Source: an uncultured Ignavibacteriaceae bacterium
GTDB lineage: Bacteria > Bacteroidota > Ignavibacteria > UBA10030
Reading direction: 5' to 3'
Assembly (NCBI GenBank): GCA_964480945.1
Contig: CAYZRX010000008.1
Coordinates: 4,572 to 68,571, forward strand
DNA: 64,000 nt
Positions 56,354 to 64,000 of the stretch are shown piece by piece. Position 1 is the stretch's first letter, and each line of letters opens with the position of its first letter. The translations under genes were made by a program, and so were the position numbers. The notes beneath the pieces are model-generated. The model worked only from the letters and a program-made list of their open reading frames with translations, was not told the DNA's origin and searched no databases.

Positions 56354-57372
56354 ACGGTCACCAGCGTATCATGGCCGCCTTCAACGGCCAGCAATCCGAT
56401 ACGACACCTGTCATGCTCCACAATTTCATGATGGCGGCCCGGGAAGCCGGTATGACCATGCAAGAATTTCGAAGCAACCCGAACGAGATGGCGCGGGCGT
56501 TCATCGAAGCGGTCGAGAAGTACGAATACGACGGCATCATGATCGACGTCGATACTGTAACGCTTGCGGGAGCGGCCGGCGTGCCGATCGATTTTCCAGA
56601 CGACCAGCCTGCCCGATTGGGCGGTGCGCGATTGAAGGAGCTGGAAGAGGTAAAGGGCCTCGAGCCGGTCGACATCCGCAATTACCGCGGCGTTCAGATC
56701 TGGCTGGAGGCTACATCAATCCTCAAACATCATTTCGACGATGCGATCCTCATCCGGGGCAACTGCGACCAATCGCCGTTCACGCTCGCCGGCATGCTGC
56801 GGGGCCTCGAACCATGGATGCTCGACCTTGCCGATCCGGATCGCCACGCGCTCGCGCACCAGCTTCTGGAATACTGCACCGACATCACGCTCCAGTTCAT
56901 CCGTCTCATGGCGCAAACCGGCGCGCACATGACGTCGAACGGCGATAGCATGGCGGGTCCTGAATTGATCTCACCCGACATGTTCCGGGAGTTCGCTCTA
57001 CCCTATGAGAAACGGATCGCCGACCGTGCGCACGAGTTGGGACTTCCGTACATCCTCCACATTTGCGGGAACACCGATCGCATCATCGACGACATGCTCG
57101 CGACCGGATCCGACGGCCTCGAGTTGGATTACCGAACCGATGCGGTGCTCGCTCACGGGAAAATGAAGGACCGGGCGGTGTTCGTCGGCAACATCGATCC
57201 GAGCGGCGTTCTCGCACTTGGGACGCCAAGTCTCGTCGAAGAGAAGACGCACGAGCTCCTGACCATCTTTGCCGACACCCCGCGGTTCGTGCTTAACGCC
57301 GGCTGCGCAATTCCGCCGATCACTCCTCCGGAGAATCTGCGGACGATGATCCACGCCGCCCGCAGCTTCTGA
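56350..57372 (+). CDS. Uroporphyrinogen decarboxylase (URO-D) family protein (MtaA/CmuA-like methyltransferase fold)
   Basis: Start ATGA overlaps the permease stop. The protein from MNGHQRIMAAFNGQQSDTTPVM... onward matches the URO-D/MtaA family N-terminus. The listed ORF 56128-57372 has an out-of-frame 5' extension. Confidence 0.7.
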   Translation: MNGHQRIMAAFNGQQSDTTPVMLHNFMMAAREAGMTMQEFRSNPNEMARAFIEAVEKYEYDGIMIDVDTVTLAGAAGVPIDFPDDQPARLGGARLKELEEVKGLEPVDIRNYRGVQIWLEATSILKHHFDDAILIRGNCDQSPFTLAGMLRGLEPWMLDLADPDRHALAHQLLEYCTDITLQFIRLMAQTGAHMTSNGDSMAGPELISPDMFREFALPYEKRIADRAHELGLPYILHICGNTDRIIDDMLATGSDGLELDYRTDAVLAHGKMKDRAVFVGNIDPSGVLALGTPSLVEEKTHELLTIFADTPRFVLNAGCAIPPITPPENLRTMIHAARSF

Positions 57373-57396
57373 CCTGCTGTAGCGAACGCAAGATTG

Positions 57397-57693
57397 CTAC
57401 TCGACAAGCGTGTATATCTCGCGCCTCCCTGATTCCACCAGCGGCACAAACTTCTGATACCAAGCGCGGAAGTCACTGTGGGACATGACATCGCGCAGAG
57501 CCTTTTCGAAGGCAGCCATGGAGTCGTAGGTTGATTCCGTCACGAAGGTGTAAAACTCTCCTGTGAGATCCACCATGGCTCGAGACGGGCTGCCGCCGTG
57601 TGCCGCTTCGAGCTTCGCCCCCTCCTTCCAGAGCTCTTTCGCCTCCCTGGCTTTCCCAAATTTCAGTCGAAAGACATCCCGGACGAGAATCAT
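57397..57693 (-). CDS. Hypothetical small protein (about 98 aa; possible ABM/Dabb-like alpha+beta fold)
   Basis: Internal Met at 57693 preceded by a strong SD, AAGGAGGA. The longer ORF 57397-57996 has a low-complexity N-terminal extension and is probably not real. Confidence 0.5.
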   Translation of the reverse strand: MILVRDVFRLKFGKAREAKELWKEGAKLEAAHGGSPSRAMVDLTGEFYTFVTESTYDSMAAFEKALRDVMSHSDFRAWYQKFVPLVESGRREIYTLVE

Positions 57694-57925
57694 AGAACTA
57701 TCCTCCTTTTGGCAGTTGATTGATGTGTGACTGTTTGAAACAGCAGAAGTACGAAGGTGAGATATCCCGGTGAACAACCTACTCACTGCAAGGGTTGCGG
57801 CACCGGCGGATTGAATTCCACTCCCGTTTTCGATACCTTCTTTGAGAACTTTCTCACTTCTCGGTCGAAGGGGGATGTCTCCCTTTCCTTGACCTCCACG
57901 CAATAAGGCCGCCCTGAGAATCACC

Positions 57926-59125
57926 ATGAGCATTGTGCTCGAAGCGCAAGAGATCGGCACGTTGAAGAGAAGAAACAAGATTTTAACCCTGCTCATTATG
58001 AGTTGTTTTGCTCTCTCACTTGCCTTACTCGGCTGTGGATTTGACTACCTGATGGGGAGGATCAAGGGTCTTCAGGTACTTACCATCCCCGTGGCATTCG
58101 TCTTTGTGGGATCGCTGTTATACAATCTCGTCAATGGACTGAATGAACGCCTCTTCAGAAGCTCACCGCATGCAATTGAAGAGCCGGCGGGAGAGGCCGA
58201 ATATGAGAAGAACAGAATTCTCCTCTGGATGGCCTGGACAACGTTGCTTGTTCTCGTCTGGGAGCTTTCTTTCTTGGGCCAGCACATCTTCGGCGCGCCC
58301 AAGCCATTGCTGGTTCTCGGTGAGACCTCCCCGTACGGTCTTCTTGCCGGAGCGGTTCTCGGTATCGGAGCGGCTTTCTCCGCTCTTCAGTGGGGCGCCT
58401 ATTCCATCCTGCAATCAGTGGAGGCACAACCGGCCGACAGAACGTTCGAGGCCGATGCTCTTCTTCTGGGCGTCGTCGAGGAAATCTGCAGGACTGCTGC
58501 CATTCCGCTGCCAGCGACGTTCATTGTTCCGGATGAGGCTCCGAACGCGTTTGCAGTCGGTCGAAGCCCGAATCACGCTTCCCTTGTCGTCTCTCAAGGA
58601 CTCATTGAGGACCTGACCCGCGATGAAATCAAAGGAGTCATAGCGCACGAGATAAGCCACATCAGGAGTTACGATATTCGGGCCAGAACCGTTGTTACAG
58701 CGCTCTTCGGATCCGCGATTTTGGCTTCTCATGGTGTCGAAACATTGGCGCTTCCAAAAGTGGCGGGAGTGAAGAAAGCACTGCTCCTTATCTTTTGGAT
58801 CGCATCGTTTCTTGCGGTTCCAGCAGCCAGAGTGGCCCTCATCGTACTCACCTTCCGCCACCGAGAGTATCTCGCCGATGCATCAGCCGCCGTACTGACG
58901 CAGAACCCCCATGCCCTCACCGAAGCGCTTCTGAAGATTGAGCAAGGTGCCGGATCGTCCGTTATGATCAAGGGCAACGTTGCCCACCTTTGCATCATCG
59001 ATCCATTGAACGGCGCGGCAAACTCCAAAGAGGGGTGGATCGCCGATCTCCTGGCAACTCATCCGCCGACACCGAAGCGAATTCTTGCCCTCGAGTCGAT
59101 GGTCCCTAGCCACGCGCCACACTAG
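57926..59125 (+). CDS. M48 family zinc metalloprotease (HtpX-like), membrane-bound
   Basis: HEISH zinc-binding motif (VIAHEISHIRSYD) and several TM helices. Confidence 0.8.
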   Translation: MSIVLEAQEIGTLKRRNKILTLLIMSCFALSLALLGCGFDYLMGRIKGLQVLTIPVAFVFVGSLLYNLVNGLNERLFRSSPHAIEEPAGEAEYEKNRILLWMAWTTLLVLVWELSFLGQHIFGAPKPLLVLGETSPYGLLAGAVLGIGAAFSALQWGAYSILQSVEAQPADRTFEADALLLGVVEEICRTAAIPLPATFIVPDEAPNAFAVGRSPNHASLVVSQGLIEDLTRDEIKGVIAHEISHIRSYDIRARTVVTALFGSAILASHGVETLALPKVAGVKKALLLIFWIASFLAVPAARVALIVLTFRHREYLADASAAVLTQNPHALTEALLKIEQGAGSSVMIKGNVAHLCIIDPLNGAANSKEGWIADLLATHPPTPKRILALESMVPSHAPH

Positions 59126-59231
59126 TTAGCTCGTCAGATGTTTGTTTGAATCGTTGAATTCCACTCACGTTTTCTTTACCTTTTTTATCACTCTCCTGAA
59201 CCCCTTCATCAACCACGAGGAGCAACAATCC

Positions 59232-61625
59232 ATGCGCTCCATCTCCGTCCGTTCTGCACTCATCCTTTTTCTCTTCATCACCCTTACAGTCGACGTCGGC
59301 TCTCAAACCATGCCCCAACCCGGGAGGCCTTCCCGCGGCTGGCTCACGGTCGATACGATCATGCGCGATCCAAAGTGGATGGGCACCTCACCGAGCAGCG
59401 TTTTTTGGTCGGAGGATGGCGAGAACGTTTATTTCAATTGGCGGCAGAAGGGGGACGAAGACGACTCTCTGTACGTTGTCGGTGCAAAGGGGGGCACGCC
59501 GCGACGGGTTCCGCTCGACGAGCGCAAGAAGCTCCCTTCACGGTACGGCACGTATAGCAAGGACAAAACCAGGAAGCTCTACACGAAGGATGGGGACATC
59601 TTTCTGTACGATATCCGGCGCAAGAAGGAAACGCGCCTCACAAACACTGTTGCGATGGAATCCAACCCGCGGTTCACCTTTGACGAGCAGAAGGTGGTCT
59701 TCGAGCGTGACAGGAATCTCTTTCTCCTCGACCTGGCCTCCACGGCCGAGCTTCAGCTTACCAACCTGCAGTCCGGATCCGCGCAGAGAGACGCAACAAA
59801 GACCGATGAGGAAAAATATCTTGAAAAACAACAGCTCGAGCTTTTCGAGGTGCTCCGCGAACGAAAGGCAAAGGGAGAAGCACAGAAGAAGCTGCAAGAA
59901 GCGCTTGAGCTGAAACACCCGAAACCGTACTCCATCGGCCAGAAGTCCGCCTTTTCGTTCGTCCTTTCGCCCGACGAACGGTTCATCACATTCGCTCTGA
60001 TTCAGAGACCAACGGATACGAAGCGGACGATCGTACCGAACTATGTTACAGAGAGCGGTTTCACGGAGGACATTCCGGGACGAACAAAGGTCGGCGAACC
60101 CCTTTCAACAAGTGAATTTTACGTCTATACTGTCGACCTTGACTCCATGATGCAGGTAAAGTATGACGACCTGCCCGGCATATTTCCCAAGCGCTCACCA
60201 GGCGACACAAGCAAAGTGCACGCGAAGGCCCGGCCTGTTTTCTTCAACGGCCCTTACTGGTCCGACGACGGTAAGCATGCGTTCGTGCAGGTCTTCTCCC
60301 AGGACAACAAGGACCGCTGGCTTGTGATGCTGGATGCGGAGAACGCGAAGCTCACCACACTCCTGGACCACCAGCATGATGATGCCTGGATCGGCGGTCC
60401 CGGCATCCGCGGGTTCGGCTTCTCCACCACCGGCGGCTGGCTGCCGGATTCGAGACGGATCTACTTCCAGTCGGAGGCGGACGGCTGGTCCCACCTCTAC
60501 ACCGTGACGCTCGACGGCAAGATCAAGACCCAGCTCACGACGGGGAAGTTCGAGATCTATAACCCTCGCATCTCTCGCGACAAGAAGCGCTGGTATTTTA
60601 CTTCGAACGAAGTTCATTTCGGCGAGCACCAGTTCTATTCGATGCCGCTGGACGGAGGAACAAGAACCCGCATAACCACCATGGAAGGATGGAACGAGGG
60701 AATCCTCTCGCCCAGCGAGGATCGGATTGCCCTCCTGTACTCCTTCAGCAACAAGATGGACGAGCTGTACCTCATGGACAACAAACCCGGCGCAAGAGCA
60801 ACGCAAATCACGAGCTCCCCCTCGGAGGAGTTTCGTTCGTACGACTGGCGGGCACCGGAGGTGCTGGCCTTCAAAGCGCGCGACGGCGCCGATGTGCCCC
60901 TGCGCCTCTACAAGCCCGACAAACCCAACGGCGCGGCGGTCATCTTCGTGCACGGCGCGGGCTACCTTCAGGATGCTCATAAAGGGTGGAGTGATTACTT
61001 CCGCGAGTACATGTTCAATAATCTCCTCGCGGACAAAGGGTACGCCGTCATCGATATCGATTACCGCGGCAGTGCAGGGCTGGGCCGCGACTGGCGCACG
61101 GCGATCTACCGGCACATGGGAGGAAAGGATCTGGATGACCAGGTTGACGGCGCGAAGTGGCTGGTGGAACAGCACGGGATCGATGCGAAGCGCATCGGCC
61201 TCTACGGCGGATCGTACGGGGGTTTCCTCACACTGATGGCGCTGTTTACGACCCCCGATGTGTTCGCGGCGGGCGCAGCGCTTCGGCCGGTGACCGACTG
61301 GGCTCATTACAATCATGGTTACACATCGGACATCCTTAACATTCCACAGGAGGACAGCGTGGCCTATCGGCGCAGCTCGCCGATCTACTTCGCCGACGGC
61401 CTCAGGGGCGCCCTTCTGATTTGTCATGGAGTCGTCGACGTGAACGTCCACTTCCAGGATGCCGTCCAGCTCGCGCAACGCCTGATCGAGCTGAAGAAGA
61501 AGAATTGGGAGCTCGCCGTCTATCCTGTGGAAAGCCACGGGTTTCGAGAACCGACGAGCTGGATGGATGAATATGGACGGATCCTAGAGCTGTTCGAAAC
61601 TAACCTGCGGAAGAGCAATCGGTAG
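59232..61625 (+). CDS. S9 family peptidase with N-terminal beta-propeller (dipeptidyl aminopeptidase/acylaminoacyl peptidase-like), secreted
   Basis: Start at the internal Met with a signal peptide (MRSISVRSALILFLFITLTV). Catalytic region GGSYGGFLT; C-terminal alpha/beta hydrolase fold with conserved Asp/His (VHFQDAV...YPVESHGF). Confidence 0.8.
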   Translation: MRSISVRSALILFLFITLTVDVGSQTMPQPGRPSRGWLTVDTIMRDPKWMGTSPSSVFWSEDGENVYFNWRQKGDEDDSLYVVGAKGGTPRRVPLDERKKLPSRYGTYSKDKTRKLYTKDGDIFLYDIRRKKETRLTNTVAMESNPRFTFDEQKVVFERDRNLFLLDLASTAELQLTNLQSGSAQRDATKTDEEKYLEKQQLELFEVLRERKAKGEAQKKLQEALELKHPKPYSIGQKSAFSFVLSPDERFITFALIQRPTDTKRTIVPNYVTESGFTEDIPGRTKVGEPLSTSEFYVYTVDLDSMMQVKYDDLPGIFPKRSPGDTSKVHAKARPVFFNGPYWSDDGKHAFVQVFSQDNKDRWLVMLDAENAKLTTLLDHQHDDAWIGGPGIRGFGFSTTGGWLPDSRRIYFQSEADGWSHLYTVTLDGKIKTQLTTGKFEIYNPRISRDKKRWYFTSNEVHFGEHQFYSMPLDGGTRTRITTMEGWNEGILSPSEDRIALLYSFSNKMDELYLMDNKPGARATQITSSPSEEFRSYDWRAPEVLAFKARDGADVPLRLYKPDKPNGAAVIFVHGAGYLQDAHKGWSDYFREYMFNNLLADKGYAVIDIDYRGSAGLGRDWRTAIYRHMGGKDLDDQVDGAKWLVEQHGIDAKRIGLYGGSYGGFLTLMALFTTPDVFAAGAALRPVTDWAHYNHGYTSDILNIPQEDSVAYRRSSPIYFADGLRGALLICHGVVDVNVHFQDAVQLAQRLIELKKKNWELAVYPVESHGFREPTSWMDEYGRILELFETNLRKSNR

Positions 61626-61727
61626 ATCGGGCGATCGAGCCATCGAACCATTTCAAGGCGAGTCACATGCCGATGAGAAGATACGTCGATGAATCAAGAG
61701 TTTGAGTTTTCTCACGGGAGGCTTTCC

Positions 61728-63800
61728 ATGCATCGCAACCAGCATTTGATCGCCGCCAGCGTACTGTTTGTTTTCATCACCACGGCGCTGATGGCACAAG
61801 AGAGTTTCACTTTGAAGAGCGTCATGAGTTCTCCGTTTCCCTCGGATCTTGCTGTCTCCCCGAGGGGGGAGAAGATCGCCTGGGTTTTCAACGCCGAGGG
61901 AAAGAGGAATATCTGGATCGCCGAGGCGCCGGAGTTCAAGGGACGCCAGCTCACCCGCTACACAGAAGACGATGGCCAAGAAATCACGGACCTTGCGTTT
62001 TCGCCTGACGGCCTCCTCATCGCGTACGTGCGAGGCGGTCCAAAGAACGGTTCTGGTGACTACCCCAACCCGACGAGCGATCCCGAGGGCGTGCGGCAGG
62101 AGGTGTGGATTGCGAGCCTGAGCGACGGAAACACGTGGAAGCTTGCCGAGGGAACCAATCCGTTGTTCTCCCCCTCCGGAGAGATCGTGATCTTCAGCAG
62201 GGAAGATCAGCTTTGGTCGCTCCCCGCAAGCGGCGGCACGGAGCACAAGCTCTTCGAGATTCGAGGCCGGCTCTCCTCCCCCTCTTGGTCACCCGACGGC
62301 TCGCAGCTCGCCTTCGTCTCTGCGCGCGGGGACCACAGCTTCGTTGCGGTCTATGAGCCTCACGCCGACCAGCTGCGTTTCATCGAACCGAGCACCGACA
62401 GGGACATCGAGCCGCGCTGGTCTCCCGATGGAAAACGGATCGCGTTCATCCGCCTCTTCAATGTACGGGACACCTATTCCAAGGACCACGAGCGCGTCAC
62501 CCCGTGGTCCATTCGGGTAGCCGATCTTCAGACCGGGCAGCAAAAGGAAGTCTGGAGGTCAGACACAACGGAGATGGGATCGTTCTCGCGTCAGCTCTTT
62601 GGCGAGAGCATTCTGCAGTGGGGATTGGGCGATCGTTTGGTCTTCGGCTCAGAACGCAGCGGTTGGGCGCATCTGTATTCGATCTCCGCGAATGGGGGCG
62701 AGATCATGGAGCTCACTCCGGGCAACTACGAAGTAGAGAACGTCGCGTGGTCGCCCGACCGCCCTTTCGTGGTTGTTGCCAGCAATGCCGGTGACATCGA
62801 CCGGCGTCACCTCTGGAAAGTCGACGTCGCCAGCGGCAAGCGAGAACAAATTACCTCCGGCAACAGCATTGAGATGAGCCCTGCGATCCTGGGCAGAGGC
62901 GATCTCATCGCTTTCGTCCGATCGACAGCCAAGGATCCGCTGGTCCCGTACATCTCGTTGGTGAATGGCTCGAAGATGCGCCAAGTCGCGCCGGACGCCC
63001 TTCCTGCTGATTTCCCTTCGTCCCGGTTGGTGGAGCCTGAGCAAGTCATCTTCAAAGCTGCCGATGGGCTCGAAATCCACGGTCAAGTGTTCAAACCGAA
63101 GAACACTTCCGGGCGACTTCCGGCGATCATCTTCATGCACGGCGGTCCTCCCCGGCAGATGCTCCTCGGCTGGCACTATATGTATTACTACCATAATGCC
63201 TATGCGTTCAACCAGTATCTTGCTAACCGGGGCTACACGGTCTTGTCGGTCAATTACAGGAGCGGGATTGGCTATGGGCGGACTTTCCGCGAAGCCCAGC
63301 ATCGCGGCGCCCGAGGCGCATCAGAGTATCAAGACATCGTCGCAGCGGGCCTCTACCTTCGCTCCCGCGCTGATGTCGACGGCAAACGGATTGGCCTGTG
63401 GGGCGGATCGTACGGCGGGTATCTGACTGCTCTGGGATTGGCTCGCAACTCCGATCTTTTCGCTGCCGGGGTCGATCTCCACGGGGTGCATGATTGGTCG
63501 GTGTTCCGACGATTCAATTTGGGACCACAAGGAGGCGGTGATGCCGTGCGGATCGCCCGCGAATCCTCCCCCGTCGCATCGGTCGATACATGGCGGTCTC
63601 CCGTTCTCCTCATCCACGGCGACGACGATCGGAACGTCGATTTCAGTCAGACTGTTGATCTCGTACGCCTGCTGCGCGAGCGCGGCGTCACGTTTGAGGA
63701 GCTAATATTTCCTGACGAGGTGCACGATTTTCTGCTTCACCGCAGCTGGCTCCAAGCATACGAGGCGGCGGACGGATTTTTCCAGAGGTATCTCAAATAG
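61728..63800 (+). CDS. S9 family peptidase with TolB-like beta-propeller repeats, secreted
   Basis: Signal peptide (MHRNQHLIAASVLFVFITTALMAQ). Propeller repeats (AFSPDG, SWSPDG, RWSPDG, AWSPD). Catalytic GGSYGGYLT. Terminal EVHDF. Confidence 0.8.
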   Translation: MHRNQHLIAASVLFVFITTALMAQESFTLKSVMSSPFPSDLAVSPRGEKIAWVFNAEGKRNIWIAEAPEFKGRQLTRYTEDDGQEITDLAFSPDGLLIAYVRGGPKNGSGDYPNPTSDPEGVRQEVWIASLSDGNTWKLAEGTNPLFSPSGEIVIFSREDQLWSLPASGGTEHKLFEIRGRLSSPSWSPDGSQLAFVSARGDHSFVAVYEPHADQLRFIEPSTDRDIEPRWSPDGKRIAFIRLFNVRDTYSKDHERVTPWSIRVADLQTGQQKEVWRSDTTEMGSFSRQLFGESILQWGLGDRLVFGSERSGWAHLYSISANGGEIMELTPGNYEVENVAWSPDRPFVVVASNAGDIDRRHLWKVDVASGKREQITSGNSIEMSPAILGRGDLIAFVRSTAKDPLVPYISLVNGSKMRQVAPDALPADFPSSRLVEPEQVIFKAADGLEIHGQVFKPKNTSGRLPAIIFMHGGPPRQMLLGWHYMYYYHNAYAFNQYLANRGYTVLSVNYRSGIGYGRTFREAQHRGARGASEYQDIVAAGLYLRSRADVDGKRIGLWGGSYGGYLTALGLARNSDLFAAGVDLHGVHDWSVFRRFNLGPQGGGDAVRIARESSPVASVDTWRSPVLLIHGDDDRNVDFSQTVDLVRLLRERGVTFEELIFPDEVHDFLLHRSWLQAYEAADGFFQRYLK

Positions 63801-63818
63801 AATGTGAGAGGAGAACGC

Positions 63819-64000
63819 ATGTCTCCAAACGTTCGTGTACGGATGTTCCGTTACCTCTGGATGGCTCTCGCGGCTACAACCGCGGTCATCGCAGGAGCCA
63901 GTACCGGACACGCGATTTCAAAACCCTTCCTGACCTGTGGAATCTTCATTGGGAAGATTGAAGAGGGAGCCCGCGTGTTCACGCCAACCCGATTCTTGCC
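63819..64000 (+). CDS. Hypothetical protein, 5' fragment (runs off window)
   Basis: ATG at 63819 preceded by GAGGAGAA. The N-terminus looks like a signal peptide (MSPNVRVRMFRYLWMALAATTAVIAGA). Confidence 0.3.
   Translation, partial: MSPNVRVRMFRYLWMALAATTAVIAGASTGHAISKPFLTCGIFIGKIEEGARVFTPTRFL

Noticed and set aside
1-64000. Scan of all intergenic regions longer than 150 bp for tRNA or rRNA genes
   Set aside because: I found no cloverleaf-compatible segments (acceptor stem plus TPsiC-loop GTTCRANYC) and no rRNA-like conserved blocks.

Overview
This is a high-GC (about 58-60%) bacterial chromosomal segment with dense coding on both strands. Long antisense ORFs are common and I treat them as GC artefacts. 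I saw no rRNA, tRNA or CRISPR, and no transposase or integrase.

Recognisable genes, in order:
- Cell envelope and DNA repair: nfo (partial), anmK, an MFS transporter.
- Amino-acid catabolism: etfBA and a threonine/serine dehydratase.
- A gene set rich in secreted peptidases (M28, beta-lactamase-fold hydrolase, S46 DPP7-like, three S9 enzymes, SppA, M24, M14, M48) with an ECF sigma/anti-sigma pair.
- pdxJ.
- A sugar ABC transporter operon.
- A bona fide two-cysteine DsrC beside an HdrE/DsrM-like membrane protein and an HdrD/DsrK-like Fe-S protein, followed by two class-V PLP enzymes.
- A soluble MgtE-N/CBS protein abutting an NRAMP-family transporter whose metal-site residues look like the NRMT (Mg2+) type.

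The most unusual structure is a tandem pair of paralogous three-gene cassettes (31245-33623 and 34098-36495). Each encodes a small N-terminally anchored protein (about 163 aa), a protein of about 215 aa, and a protein of about 405 aa with a PilX_N/GspK-like N-terminus and a beta-helix-like body. Each cassette ends in an almost identical Rho-independent terminator, and the second has a textbook sigma70 promoter. The arrangement looks like a duplicated minor-(pseudo)pilin tip-complex module (GspI/J/K- or PilV/W/X-like). It lacks the canonical prepilin motifs and has no assembly machinery nearby.
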